NCBI GenBank assembly: GCA_053919585.1
Contig: CM132783.1
Origin: Euprymna scolopes
Taxonomy: Eukaryota
Direction: 5' to 3' (one strand)
Length of the DNA: 64,000 bases
The notes below the pieces were generated by a model that was not told the origin of the DNA, made no database searches, and was given only the letters and a program-made list of their open reading frames with translations. The translations under genes and the position numbers were made by a program. Below are positions 1 to 13,500 of the stretch, in pieces (within the stretch, counting starts at the first letter, position 1; every line of letters begins with the position of its first letter).

Positions 1-3000
1 GCTAACCTCAGCTAGACTGCACATTACAGGCTAACCTCATCTATACTGCACATTACAGGCTAAGCACATCTAGACTGCACATAACAGGCTAACCTCATCT
101 AGACTGCACATTACAGGCTAAACTCATCTAAACTGCACGTCACATGCTAACCTCATCTAGACTGCACATTACAGGCTAACCTCATTTAAACTGCTCATTA
201 CAGACTAAGCACATCTAGACTGCACATTACAGACTAACCTCATCTAAATTGCACATCACATTCTAACCTCATCTAGACTGCACATTACAGGCTAACCTCA
301 TTTAAACTGCTTATTACAATTACAGGCAAAGCACATCTAGACTGCACATTACAGGCTAACCTCATTTAGACTACACATTACAGGCTAAGCACTTCTAGAC
401 TACACATTACAGGCTAACCTCATATAGACTACCCATTACAGGCGAACCACATCTAGACAGCACATTACAGGCTAAGTACATCTAGACTGCACATCACAGG
501 CTAACCATATCTAGACTGCACATCACAGGCTAACCTCAGCTAGACTGCACATCACAGGCTAACCTCATCTAGACTGCACATTACAGGCTAACCTCATCTA
601 AACTGCACATTACAGGCTAACCTCATCTAAACTGGACATTACAGGCTAACCTAATCTAAACTGCACATTATAGGCTAAGCACATCTAGACTGCACATTAC
701 AGGCTAACCCCATTTAAACTGCTTATTACAATTACAGGCTAAGCACATCTAGACTGCACATAACAGGCTAACCTCATTTAGCCTACCCATTACAGGCGAA
801 CCACATCTAGACTGCACATTACAGGTACATCTAGACTGCACATCACAGGCTAACCATATCTAGACTGCAAATCAAAGGCTAACCTCAGCTAGACTGCACA
901 TTACAGGCTAACCTCATCTAAACTGGACATTACAGGCTAACCTCATCTAAACTGCACATTACAGGCTAAGCACATCTAGACTGCACATTACAGACTAACC
1001 TCATCTAAATTGCACATCACATTCTAACCTTATCTAGACTGCACATTACAGGCTAACCTCATTTAAACTGCTTATTACAATTACAGGCTAAGCACATCTA
1101 GACTGCACATTACAGGCTAACCTCATTTAGACTGCACATTACAGGCTAAGAACATCTAGACTACACAATACAGGCTAACCTTATATAGACTACCCATTAC
1201 AGGCGAACCACATATAGACTGCACATTACAGGCTAAGTACATCTAGACTGCACATCACAGGCTAACCATATCTAGACTGCACATCACAGGCTAACCTCAG
1301 CTAGACTGCACATCACAGGCTAACCTCATCTAGACTGCACATTACAGGCTAACCTCGTCTAAACTGCACATCACATGCTAACCTCATCTAGACTGCACAT
1401 TACAGGCTAACCTCATTTAAACTGCTTATTACAATTACAGGCTAAGCACATCTAGACTGCACATTACAGGCTAACCTCATTTAGACTACAAATTACAGGC
1501 TAACCTCATATAGGCTACCCATTACAGGCGAACCACATCTAGACTGCACATTACAGGCTAACCTCATGTAGACTACCCATTACAGGCAAACCACATCTAG
1601 ACTGCACATCACAGGCTAACCATATCTAGACTGCACATCACAGGCTAACCATATCTAGACTGCACATCACAGGCTTACCATATCTAGACTGCACATCACA
1701 GGCTAACCTACGCTAGACTGCACATTACAGGCTAACCTCATCTATACTGCACATTACAGGCTAAGCACATCTAGACTGCACATAACAGGCTAACCTCATC
1801 TAGACTGCACATTACAGGCTAAACTCATCTAAACTGCACATCACATGCTAACCTCATCTAGACTGCACATTACAGGCTAACCTCATTTAAACTGCTCATT
1901 ACAGACTAAGCACATCTAGACTGCACATTACAGACTAACCTCATCTAAATTGCACATCACATTCTAACCTCATCTAGACTGCACATTACAGGCTAACCTC
2001 ATTTAAACTGCTTATTACAATTACAGGCTAAGCACATCTAGACTGCACATTACAGGCTAACCTCATTTAGACTACACATTACAGGCTAACCTCATATAGG
2101 CTACCCATTACAGGCGAACCACATCTAGACTGCACATTACAGGCTAAGTACATCTAGTCTCCACATGACAGGCTAACCATATCCAGACTGCACATCACAG
2201 GCTAACCTCAGCTTGACTGCACATCACAGGCTAACCTCAGCTAGACTGCACATTACAGGCTAACCTCATCTAAACTGCACATTACAGGCTAAGCACATCT
2301 AGACTGCACATTACAGGCTAACCTCATTTAAACTGCTCATTACAGGCTAAGCACATCTAGACTACACATTACAGGCTAACCTCATTTAAACTGCACATTA
2401 CCCACTAAACACATCTAGACTAAGCACATCTAGACTGCACATTACAGGCTAACCTCATTTAAACTGCTTATTACAATTACAGGCTAAGCACATCTAGACT
2501 GCACATTACAGGCTAACCTCATTTAGACTGCACATTACAGGCTAAGAACATCTAGACTACACATTACAGGCTAACCTTATATAGACTACCCATTACAGGC
2601 GAACCACATATAGACTTCACATTACAGGCTAAGTACATCTAGACTGCACATCACAGGCTAACCATATCTAGACTGCACATCACAGGCTAACCTCAGCTAG
2701 ACTGCACATCACAGGCTAACCTCATCTAGACTGCACATTACAGGCTAACCTCATCTAAATTGCACATCACATTCTAACCTCATCTAGACTGCACATTACA
2801 GGCTAACCTCATTTAAACTGCACATCACAGGCTAACTTCATCTAGACTGCACATTACCGGCTAAGCACATCTAGACTGCACATTACAGGCTAACCTCATC
2901 TAAACTGCACATCACAGGCTAACTTCATCTAGACTGCACATTACAGGCTAACCTCATTTAAACTGCTTATTACAATTACAGGCTAAGCACATCTAGACTG

Positions 3001-3145
3001 CACATCACAGGCTACCCTCATCTAGACTGCACATTACAGGCTAATCACATCTAGACTACACATTACAGGCTAACCTCATCTAGACTGCACATTACAGGCT
3101 ATGCACATCTGGACTGCACATTACAGGCTGGACATCACAGGCTAA
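1..3145. repeat. Tandem satellite/minisatellite, 29-bp monomer GCTAACCTCATCTAGACTGCACATTACAG, about 105-110 copies, with higher-order structure; continues off the left edge
   Basis: Monomers start at 1, 30 and 59. Recurring 28-bp and 35-bp variant monomers. The array ends at about 3145. Confidence 0.97.
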
Positions 3146-4642
3146 ACAAATTTTGTGACGCCATAATATGTGTCATCTAGCAAATGATGGTTAATCGCTT
3201 TTAAAATACCTAGAAAGAACAATTCATTCTAAGGAGTCATATTTTTATCTAGCAAAATCAAGCATTATAATCGAGAGTTGTGTTAACATTTCTGTGAAAT
3301 ATAAACTTTTCAAAGATTAAGAATTAGCCACTTCCTACTTGCCTACAGTTGCTGGATTGGTTAGCAATTTTATTTTATGTGTGACAGAATACAACATTGT
3401 GTTCTTTCCTCGGCTACAATTATTGTATCACATGTTAATTTAATATCAAAATGAAGTTTATATCACCAAAACTGGCCATTTCAAACAATATTACATGCAA
3501 GTTTACAGTACACATGTCCAGCCTGTACTTTAGCATGGCTTTGATATGTGGTCGATATTGAAGTATCGAAATGAAACAACTCTGGCTGCAGTGCATCAGA
3601 TAAAATTGCTGTTTTCTCTGTAAAAACTTTAATGATAAATTGTATCGCATGACAGTGTCTCAACTGCTATGTTGCATACCATCATTTATCGAAAACATTG
3701 GAAAGTGTGTCCGACATTGATGTCAATGATCAAAGGTCACATGACAGCGTAGAACATGGAAGAGATCAGTTGATGATGACCTGCTCCTAGTGAGTGGCAC
3801 AAGTAAAATGACAACTAGGCTGGGAATATTGGAAGTCATTCACGCAACGTCTAACTTGAGTATGAAACACAAAGATGATAAAACAATGTAAATAGTAATA
3901 ATTTGCTAAAAACCTTATTTAAAAGCAAATGCCTTAACATTTCTTGCAAAATCATTAAAAAAAATATGAAAACCAATTTTAAATACTTAAGAGATCGCTT
4001 TAAAAAATATTACAAAGCACATATAAGTATGGATGATTTACGTTTGTTTCCTTGTGATCAACTGTAGGGTTAACTCAATCTAGATGTCAACCTGACCTTA
4101 CCCATAGTTGTGTTTTCCATACCAAGTCGATGATGCATCAATAACAATTAGTTTGACAAAGTCTGGGTTATTTGAGTTAGATGACCATTTTTCAGTGAAC
4201 TGAGATATAGTACTGTGCAGTTCTAAGAGGTTCACCTTCCCAGGTTTTACTTCCGCTTTTATAAAAGGGGTTAGTTTATTGCTAATCGCCTGAGATACCC
4301 TTACTGTGAAATGCTGGCAAGGCTGATCAGGTAGTTTATGTAGGTCAGAGTTCTCTTGCTCTTGTTTGCTGACTTCAATTTCTATCTTCCGACCTTGTGT
4401 CACATTTGGCTGCGATGAGAGGAAAGTAAATGTTAACTGTAGATTTATGACTCCTATTTTGAAGATATTTTGGTATGTTCTTCTTTCTTTAGAATCATAT
4501 ATCCATTGCTTAATTCTCATGCATTGAATAAATGCTTACAATGTGTATTGCTTCTTTTGTGGCAGAGCTATAATAATATTTTAATGTTGTTAATCCTAGT
4601 AGTACTTTTCATTGCAAAGTTTTTTTGTGCACTTTTTTCTTA

Positions 4643-5075
4643 CTAGCAGGGGGATCGCCTGGCTTTACCTGATTGTGAATTAAAATATGATATTTTAATA
4701 TTCTCAGATTTCGCATATATTATTATAGTCATGATTTCAAAAGTGAAAAAAAAAGTGTTTGGGTTCCGTCAGAAACTGAAAGTAAAACTGTAGCATTCAA
4801 AGTTGGTGACGTTATACCAACGTGACACACATATGAACTTAATAAAAATAAACTAACATGAATGTACAAAATGTATAACGATTTTTTTCAATTATGACCC
4901 CTTTTTGACCCCTTAAAAACTATTTTAACCGACTAAAGACCCATAAAAGAATGGTCCATAAAAAATCCAATCATTTGAGGCCCCTAGCGCCGCTCTGTGA
5001 CTTTTAGTTTTGAAAGAAATAGAGTTTGAAAATATGGAGACAGACAGACAGACATAGTGAGTTTTATAAATTAGA
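4643..5075 (-). mobile_element. Non-autonomous Helitron-like element
   Basis: On -: A|TC start, 3' GC-rich hairpin then CTAG|T, and a GACA microsatellite near the 5' end. Confidence 0.6.
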
Positions 5076-5120
5076 TTTATATGAATATTTTTGCTTTGTT
5101 TGTTCTTTTCCCCTTTTTAG

Positions 5121-5279
5121 TTATTGGTGAAAGCTGTCAAGTTTATTTTCCCTGGATTCCAGTACATGTGGTTGGCAGAAGAAACAGAAAAGAATCTCCC
5201 GCAGGAATTGGATTTCATTCAAGAAGGCAAAAACAGTGAGAAAGTCGCAAAATTATTGAAACACCTCAGATTTTTGAAA
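5121..5279 (+). CDS. ADCK1: ADCK1 internal exon (LLVKAVKF...HLRFLK)
   Basis: tttttag acceptor, gttagt donor, 159 nt, phase 0/0. Confidence 0.92.
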
Positions 5280-7485
5280 GTTAGTATAGTTTTATGTTTT
5301 AATACTTGTACAGAATTGACTTTATCTTAAAAAACAATAAAGAAAAATTTGTATGATGGACATACCCATAACAGAACAGTGATAGTGCATTCCAAAAATC
5401 ACATAAGCGCTTAATGGGAATTTGTAGGCATCACAACAAAGATCTTGCAAGTTTAGATTATGTTGAATTATCTCCCTTCCTTCTTGAGACTGTTTTTAAA
5501 ATAGCGCTATGAGACAGTTACTCGTTGGTTTGGCCATAAAATTTGATTTTTTTATTTAAAAATAAAACAATGCGTGTTAAGATACAGTTGGCAGATTGAT
5601 TTTTTTTAAATATGTTGTTTTAAGAAAAAATAATATTACATACTTAATTGTCATGCCGAAAATAGTAATACAATCAAAAATTACTAAAATTCATTGAGAA
5701 GAAAGTTGTTTATAGTCAAAAGTAATTTTTACGGAAAACTGGGTAAAATCGCATTTTTCTTGGACGTTATAAAGTAGACGGTAGGAGTCTGAACACAGGG
5801 GACATAACTCCGAAAGGAATATTTTAGATTACTTGTCATAGCTGCAATATTTATTGTCTATAGCGATAGACTTTTTTTTTTTTTTTTTTACTAAAAACAC
5901 AATAACAGTTGTTCTATTGGATGAATTTTGGTAATTTTTGGATATATTACTATTTTCGACATGACAATTAAGTACATAATATTGTTTTTGCTTAAAATGA
6001 TATACTTAAAAAATTGATTTGTCGACTATAGCTTAACAAGCACCAATAAAACTACTTCATCAATTTATGTGAGTTTTCAAATACAATATTTTCTTTCTGT
6101 TATGAGTACGTACATCATAGAGATTTTTCTTTAGTTTTGTTTTTTAATATAGGGAGAATTCTGTAAGAGTACAAATGTTTTTAAGCATGCCTATTTTGTA
6201 GTGAGGTATCCATCCAACTTGTCTGTTTGGTATAAGGGTTAATGTTCACTGATGAGTTGTGAATATCCAGTCAAGTTATACTAAAGTCCCAATGCCTTGT
6301 GAAGCACCAAGCATTATAAGATAAGGACCAAGAGTAAATGGAGAAATCCAAAGGAGTAACACCCTCCCCTACATCTTCATTAAATATATAACAAAAGTAG
6401 AATCTTCAAGTTATCATTTATTATTTAGTCCACAGCAGAAAGTGTGAATGACAACACACAAAGAGTGCTAATTTTATTTATTGGAATAAAATATATACAT
6501 AGAATGTATTGCATGCAATTGCAGAAAAAACTTTGCATGTAGTAGTTGTGAGAATAAAAATTTCTGCAAAAGGCAGAGGTGGTGAAGCTTGTCACTTATT
6601 CAAGGATGAATTGATATGAAATTGTCCTGGAATGGGTATTCTAGTTATTAAGAGCTAGCTTGCACTTCGGCTTTGTTCAAGAATTAGGATGGTGCATGTT
6701 TCGGCTCCCACATTATCATTTTTTTTTATCTTACTTTATATTTTAGAAATGAAAAAATTTGATATATTATGTATTGTTTATGGATATCCAATATTTAAAA
6801 CAAAAAAATTCTAATACAAAATTATTACGTATTCTTTGTAAAATTTTTTTAGAAAACTTTTTTGATCTTCATATAGATCTCTTTTCAATTACTTTTGCAA
6901 TAATAGGAATCGATAATTGAATACTAGTAACCCCAGATGGAATCAGAGAGACATTTGAAAAGTGTTATGAGATTTCTGGAAAAATTGGAACCTTATTAAA
7001 ACTAGGTTGAATTTTTGAACTTTTAACAAATTTCTATAACAAACAACCAAACCTTCACTTACCTATAATATAAATGTTACCTGTCTGTTTAAATGTTTGT
7101 ATGTATGTATGTTTGCCTAAAACTTTCGACAGAGGCTACGGATTTTCACGAGATCAGTATCCTTTTGTAAGCTCGACGTCTTGGACGACAAATATTGAAA
7201 AATTGGCCAAAAACAGTAATTCCTTCACACTCAACTGGGCAGTTTTCTACAAGGAGGGGTTGATTTTCTGCAAGCCATTTTTACAAGGCATCGTATTAGT
7301 TGGATTGACTTTGCCTAATTTTAAGGTTCCGAACTTCCGGTCGCGTCATGGAGTAGCGATAAGACGTCAAATTTTCTTTCACTTTTTTACTGCCTTCGCA
7401 TCACATATTCGAGCCTGCCTGCCTACTACCACTTTTTTTGTTTTTTGCTCAACACACACCTCCAAACATCCGGGCAACCAGGCTA

Positions 7486-7537
<52 letters not shown>

Positions 7538-10500
7538 TAGCAGGAAGACTCAATGTTGCTTGGGATTGAATGAGGTTTATTACTATATTCTTTTTCACTA
7601 TGTTTATAATGCCATGTTATTTTTTTTTTTTTTTTTTTTGACTGCTTCTCTCTCTTCCCATTTCACTCTCTAATATAGTCAGAAGAAACTGAAATGGAAA
7701 ACTTCCTGAATTAGTACCTTATACATATATATATTATAACATATATATGCATTTGAAGTTTTAAGGGGTTTCTGTCTCAATGGGTTACTTAAAGGTGGGG
7801 GCATGTAGACATAGAGGGCAATATAGAGATTTGAGACCACTTCCACTGTCTTTCTTAGAGAATTTTTTGCAAAACTCAATTTTCGCTAATTGCTTTCAAA
7901 AACTATTTTAATTTATAATTAATTTATTACCTTATTGTTTTTCGAAATATTTGGATATTTTCATTACTGCGACATGACAATTCAGTAGGTACCATTGGTT
8001 TCATTTGAAATTCAATATTTCACTTTTTAAATTTCATTACAATAATGAAGAAGAACCAAAGGATCATACTCTGTAAAATAAAACGTGTGCAAAGCATCAG
8101 GATTTATTTATGGAGAGTGAGGAATTACTGTAACCAATTTTGTCTAATTTAATGAATCGACTAGATTGAAAGCATGTTCGGATGAGATTTAAAAATCTCA
8201 TCTGCACATGCTGGTTTGTTGACTGGTTTCATACCAGCCAAGAATATGTCCTAGGGATCAATCTTACAAAGAATCTGGCTCCTAATTCACAGTAGCCTCC
8301 TTACTTCTCACTAGCAATCGGCCTTCTTTGGAGTGAATATAAATAAAAGGGAAAAAAGTGTAGCCCTTGCATTTGTGTGCTTAATATTATGCCTGAATGA
8401 TATGTGTTATCGGTTTATTAACCACTCAAAAATGATCAACAGACAAAGTATACACGTTAGCATATTTAGTTAACAACTTACAGTTTAAATGCTAATGTGG
8501 AAGCCACTGGATGCATAATGACTTAAAATCTGTTGCGAAGAGGTGTTTTGTTTACTTCTCAAACTGTCATGACCGACATGCTCTTCTCAAGGATGATAAC
8601 TGTCTTCTTCAGTCCAAAGGATATAATTCTATTATTTCTTTTTTCAGGTTGATGACTAACATTTAGTCCAACCACTTGATAGATAAATAGGTTTGACCAC
8701 TACCGGTTGATGCCATCAGGTGGTGTTGTGGAAGGGAGATGTCTCCCATTACTCTATCTTACTCTGTAATTTCGCTCATATATATATATAGAATTTTTAA
8801 ATCTTATTTTTCAGGTGCCACGCATTCATTGGAACTTTTCATCAAGCCGTGTTCTAACCATGGAATACTGCGAAGGAGGGACTATCGATGATAAGGAATA
8901 TATGACGAAGAATAATATATCTGTGAATGAGGTAGTTATCTTTCGTTAAACATTTTTAACTCAAGCAAAGCTTGCTCTTTTCTGTTGGTTGCATAAGCTT
9001 GTACATGGGTTCTCCATATTAATTTTTTTCTTTGTCTTTTTATTGTGTTGTGTTAAATACTAGTTATACCTTCATAGAAAAAATGCACAAACTTAAAATT
9101 CACCATAAAAAATTGTGTTTTGAATTGCAGATCTGATTTGCAGACACACTTCTTTGAAATTAAACTTGCAATCAATTTTTTCTTCTTTTTAATTGTAGAA
9201 TGTAAATTAACACAAGGTGAAAAAATAAATTTAAAAAAAAAATGAAATGGCATTCATTCTAAAAAAATAGTTGAACCAACTTCCTTCAAAGGTGAAAGTC
9301 TACTAGAAATATCAAATTCACAAGTGGTCCCCAGTCGCATGCATATCCTGATCAGGAGAGATGATGATGTTAAATTTTTGCAATTCTTGCAGAGAATTAT
9401 TGAGGTTCTCCTACATGCAGTGCCTGGTCACCCATCTGCACTGACTAGGCTTAACATTGCTTAACTTTGGTGATCTAACAAGAACTGGCATGTCAACATG
9501 ATTATGCAACAATGTCTAGCTGTCTGATTGTTAATCTGTTTTGTCATGTTTTCGTTCAATTTTTAGCATATTTAAACTATTTGCTGACATTAAATCCAAG
9601 ATTCACCTAAGGTAGGTAACTCTGATTCAAGGATTGTAATTTCATCTACCTGAATAACTAGTGTATAAAAACATTATTTATGGACACTGTTTTGTCCATT
9701 TCAGGATATGTATATTTATTGTACCATAATTTCTTTGAATTGGAATGAATTCTGGGTGGTCAACCCTAAACCATAGTTATTTATCATATCCTGGGTGATC
9801 TCAAATCTTGTGGCTAAAGATTTCTCACACAAATCTGTTATTCACATGCATTACAAACATGCAACTGTATAGTGCATGTTTACATTTCTAGATCTTCTCT
9901 GTTATCCATGTCCATGCATAATAACAGGCTAACTCCGTTCACTATCCACAGTTATTCGTTATTGAGAGGCTGTATTTTGTGCATCACATAATGCTGGCAT
10001 GCACAGTGACCAGTTGAGAATGCCACAAATAGGGTAACCTGATTATGTACTACTTTTTCTAGAAACCCTGGGGTTAAAGTTACCAGCAAAATGTCCTACA
10101 TAGAAGTTAAGACATATCTATTTGTTCAGAATCAAATTAACACATTTTGATGAACTCATAGCACTTGTGGCCCCTCAGCATATATACCCTCGACTAACCC
10201 GACAAGCAGTAAAATTCCACCCTTTCACTGTAAAAGTTCCTAAATGCTAGAAAGCCTTTTACTCTATTCTTACATCAAATTGTTCATCTTTGAAATTCCT
10301 TTCCTGTTTCCTGCTTTCCTGACTGTACGAACATACAGACATTTAACAGACATCTCACTGCTCAACTCTCTTTAAAGTCTCTTATAATCATGGTCCCAAA
10401 TAGTGAATCCTTATCTTTAAGAGGTAATATGCAATGTTTGAGGGTGACTCAGAGTAAAAATAAAAAAAAATAAAAAATGACATCACTAGATGTATATAAA

Positions 10501-13500
10501 ATTCATCTTTATTCACATTTGGATTCTTCCTCATCTGCATCATCATATCTGATTTGACATCTGCTTTATATGTTGGCATGTGCTTGACAGCTTTTAGAAA
10601 TTGACTAAGCTAACCTATTTCTAGTTATGTCTTATCCTTCTTTTTCCAAAAATCACTCTTATCACTCTTTGGTACTTGTACAGTTTAATCAAGACATTAA
10701 AAAATTAAAATATTGAAAAAGAGGTTATATTGTACGTATCCGTTTTGGACTGAAGATCTCCGAAAAAAATTTCACTTAATTTGATCGAGTAGATTTTTTT
10801 TTACAGCGGAAAAACATGTTTTTATGAGAGCTCATTGAAGTCAGTCATATTGGAATTTTTTGAACACGCCACGGAGACATAACTCCAGTTAAAGCACCGA
10901 CACTCCCTTCCCATCTTTAATACTAGCTTTTCTTCCTAAAAATCAAACCTTTTGCTCGGTATCATAACAAATAGTGTTTTTGCTGTAAAAAAGAAACTAC
11001 TTGATGAAATTAAGTGAATTTTTTTTCCGGAGGACTTCATTCCATAACGGATACGTACAATATAACCTTTTTTTTTTTTTGATATTTTCATTTTTTAATG
11101 TCTTGATTAAACTGTACAAGTACCCACTCATCCTCTATGTTTTTCTTGGCCTTCCATTGATCTTGCTATCTCCACTGTTCTGCATCTACTAATATAAGAA
11201 CTCATCGATTTCAAACTCCTGTTCTGCACACATTTTCCTATAATGCCCAGATTTAATCTTCCTTCCGATCATGAAATCTAAGTTGGTCTTTAAGGCTTAC
11301 ATTATACATCCTTCTCATATTATTTGTTTCCATGTAAAGTATATCCTCAACCTTCACTGGCCAAGTTTCACGTCATACATATCACATTGCATACACATAC
11401 ATAATAGACTTTTCCCTTGGTCAACAATGGTAATGCTCTATTGATTAGTATTGGCAGAAGTTTCCTGAACTTATTCCATCCAATCTTAGCTCTTGCAATC
11501 ATACTAGTTACTCCCTGTGTTCCAGTGGTATCACCAAGGTGATAAAACTTTTGAACAACCTCAAAGATTCTTTGGGTAATTCCATGATCCCAAATGAAGC
11601 AGTAATTGGCTTACTAATGTAGGCACAAGCAGAGTATTATAACGAAGAAGAAGAAGAAGACACTTGTGTTTTATTTAAGTTTTGTTTTTCTTTGAAGAGA
11701 TTTTTTTTTTTCTTCTTCAGGTTTCAAAGAAGATGAGCAAAATATTCAGTGAGATGATTTTTCAGCACGGATACGTGCACTGCGACCCTCACCCAGGAAA
11801 TATGATGGTTCATAAAACAAAGGAAGGCGAAACACATCTAACATTACTTGATCATGGTTTGTATCAGGTAAATCTCGTTTGTATGTTTTATTATGGCACA
11901 TCAATCCTTTTTATTTATTTTATTTACCTCCTTTACAGGAAGTTGGATACAAGGTCAAGTGTAGGTTTGACGAAAATGTTTCTGTGGAACAGACTGGATT
12001 TGAACTTGGGACACTCAGGTTTTCAGTTCATATCGTTTACTACTTAACCACCATCACCCTTCTTTTGAACTATGTAATACGGAAAAATCATTTTAAATGG
12101 TTCAGTGAACACAAGTTGCTATTTTACCCATAGCTGAGTGTTGGAGAATTGTGGGTTCATACCTTTCCTAACAGTATTAGTGTGCAATTGAACACAATAA
12201 ATTTTGTTGTGTGATGATTAGTTTGAAAGGAAAGCAGGATGAAAATTGTGACTTTGTACAATTGGTCAAATTTGGCCTCCGAAATAGAATATTGAACAAG
12301 GAAAGAGGTTAGCATCTTCCATATCCACAACCAAATAGGTATCAACTTTTATTTAAAGAAACACTGGAATATAAAGGGAGTTGGGGAGACAGAAAATGGC
12401 AGTCTGTCTACATCAATCTTGACTTGAACTGTTGTATTTTGCACGTATCCATCTGTAGGTGGGAATCAGCAGACTTTTAGTGTACATGTTAGTGGTGTGC
12501 TAATCGTCTGTATATCAATACACCAACCAAATAACAACTCAACATGATTCAAAATATTGTACATACATATAAACAATAATAGATCTCTCATGTAACTGTT
12601 TGAATTCTGCATGGCTGATTCCAGAGTTTCTAATGGTATCTTATGCCAATCTATATCAGGTAGAAATGGTGGCTTGTTTTCTTTGTTTCAAATTGTTCAT
12701 ATCAAAAATTTAATCCTGAATTAAAATTCCTAGTTACCATCATTTTCTTTTTTTTTTCTTTAATATTTATCACTCCACTCGTAAACATAATATAGTGGAG
12801 CTGATAGAAAAAAAATGAAAATACACTGCCTGTACAGTGATTGAACGCGTAGTCTTCAGGTTATAAAACTCCTGTGTAGACTGATATCCAGGACAACAAA
12901 GTGAGCCACACCAGATCGTTTTGACAAATCAACATTTTTGGCTTGATTTAAGTAAGCATATTTTACCTATTCAGTTAAATAGTATGGCGACTAGCTTATT
13001 GCTCATTTCTGTTGTAAGCTCCCCTCCCCCTTATGGTAACTAGTGTTTGTTGAAGGTAGTGTTCATTGATGGTGGATTTTTTTGAAGATTTGTAGCCCTT
13101 TTAATTTATCTCATCTAATCATACACTTTTTTCCTCCTTTTCATATCGGATACACTATACACTTTTCCTTTTATTACTCTCATCGATAAACATTGTATTG
13201 CAAAGAGTGTTCTGAATTTATTTAACAACTACAAATGGATTGGATACAATGATTTGGTAACTATTCTTAATAATAACGGTCGCTCAAATTAGTTGAAATC
13301 TAACTAGTATATGTGCCGTGTCTGCGGTGGAAAGGAGACAATAGTTATCCCAAACAAATGGTTGTAGACAAACATCCAGGACAACAAAGTTATGAAGTTA
13401 TGCAAATAATTTGTTTTGCTCAGCAATCAATATTTTCAGCTTGATTTAAGCAAGCGTATTTTGTATATTCAGTCAATTAGCTTGACAACTAGCCTGTCAC

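Noticed and set aside
1-3145. CRISPR array or repeat-protein ORF
   Set aside because: There are no unique spacers, the context is eukaryotic, and no long ORF is present.
7074-7673. 199-aa ORF
   Set aside because: It runs across Helitron-like repeats, (TA)n and poly-T, and has no protein features.
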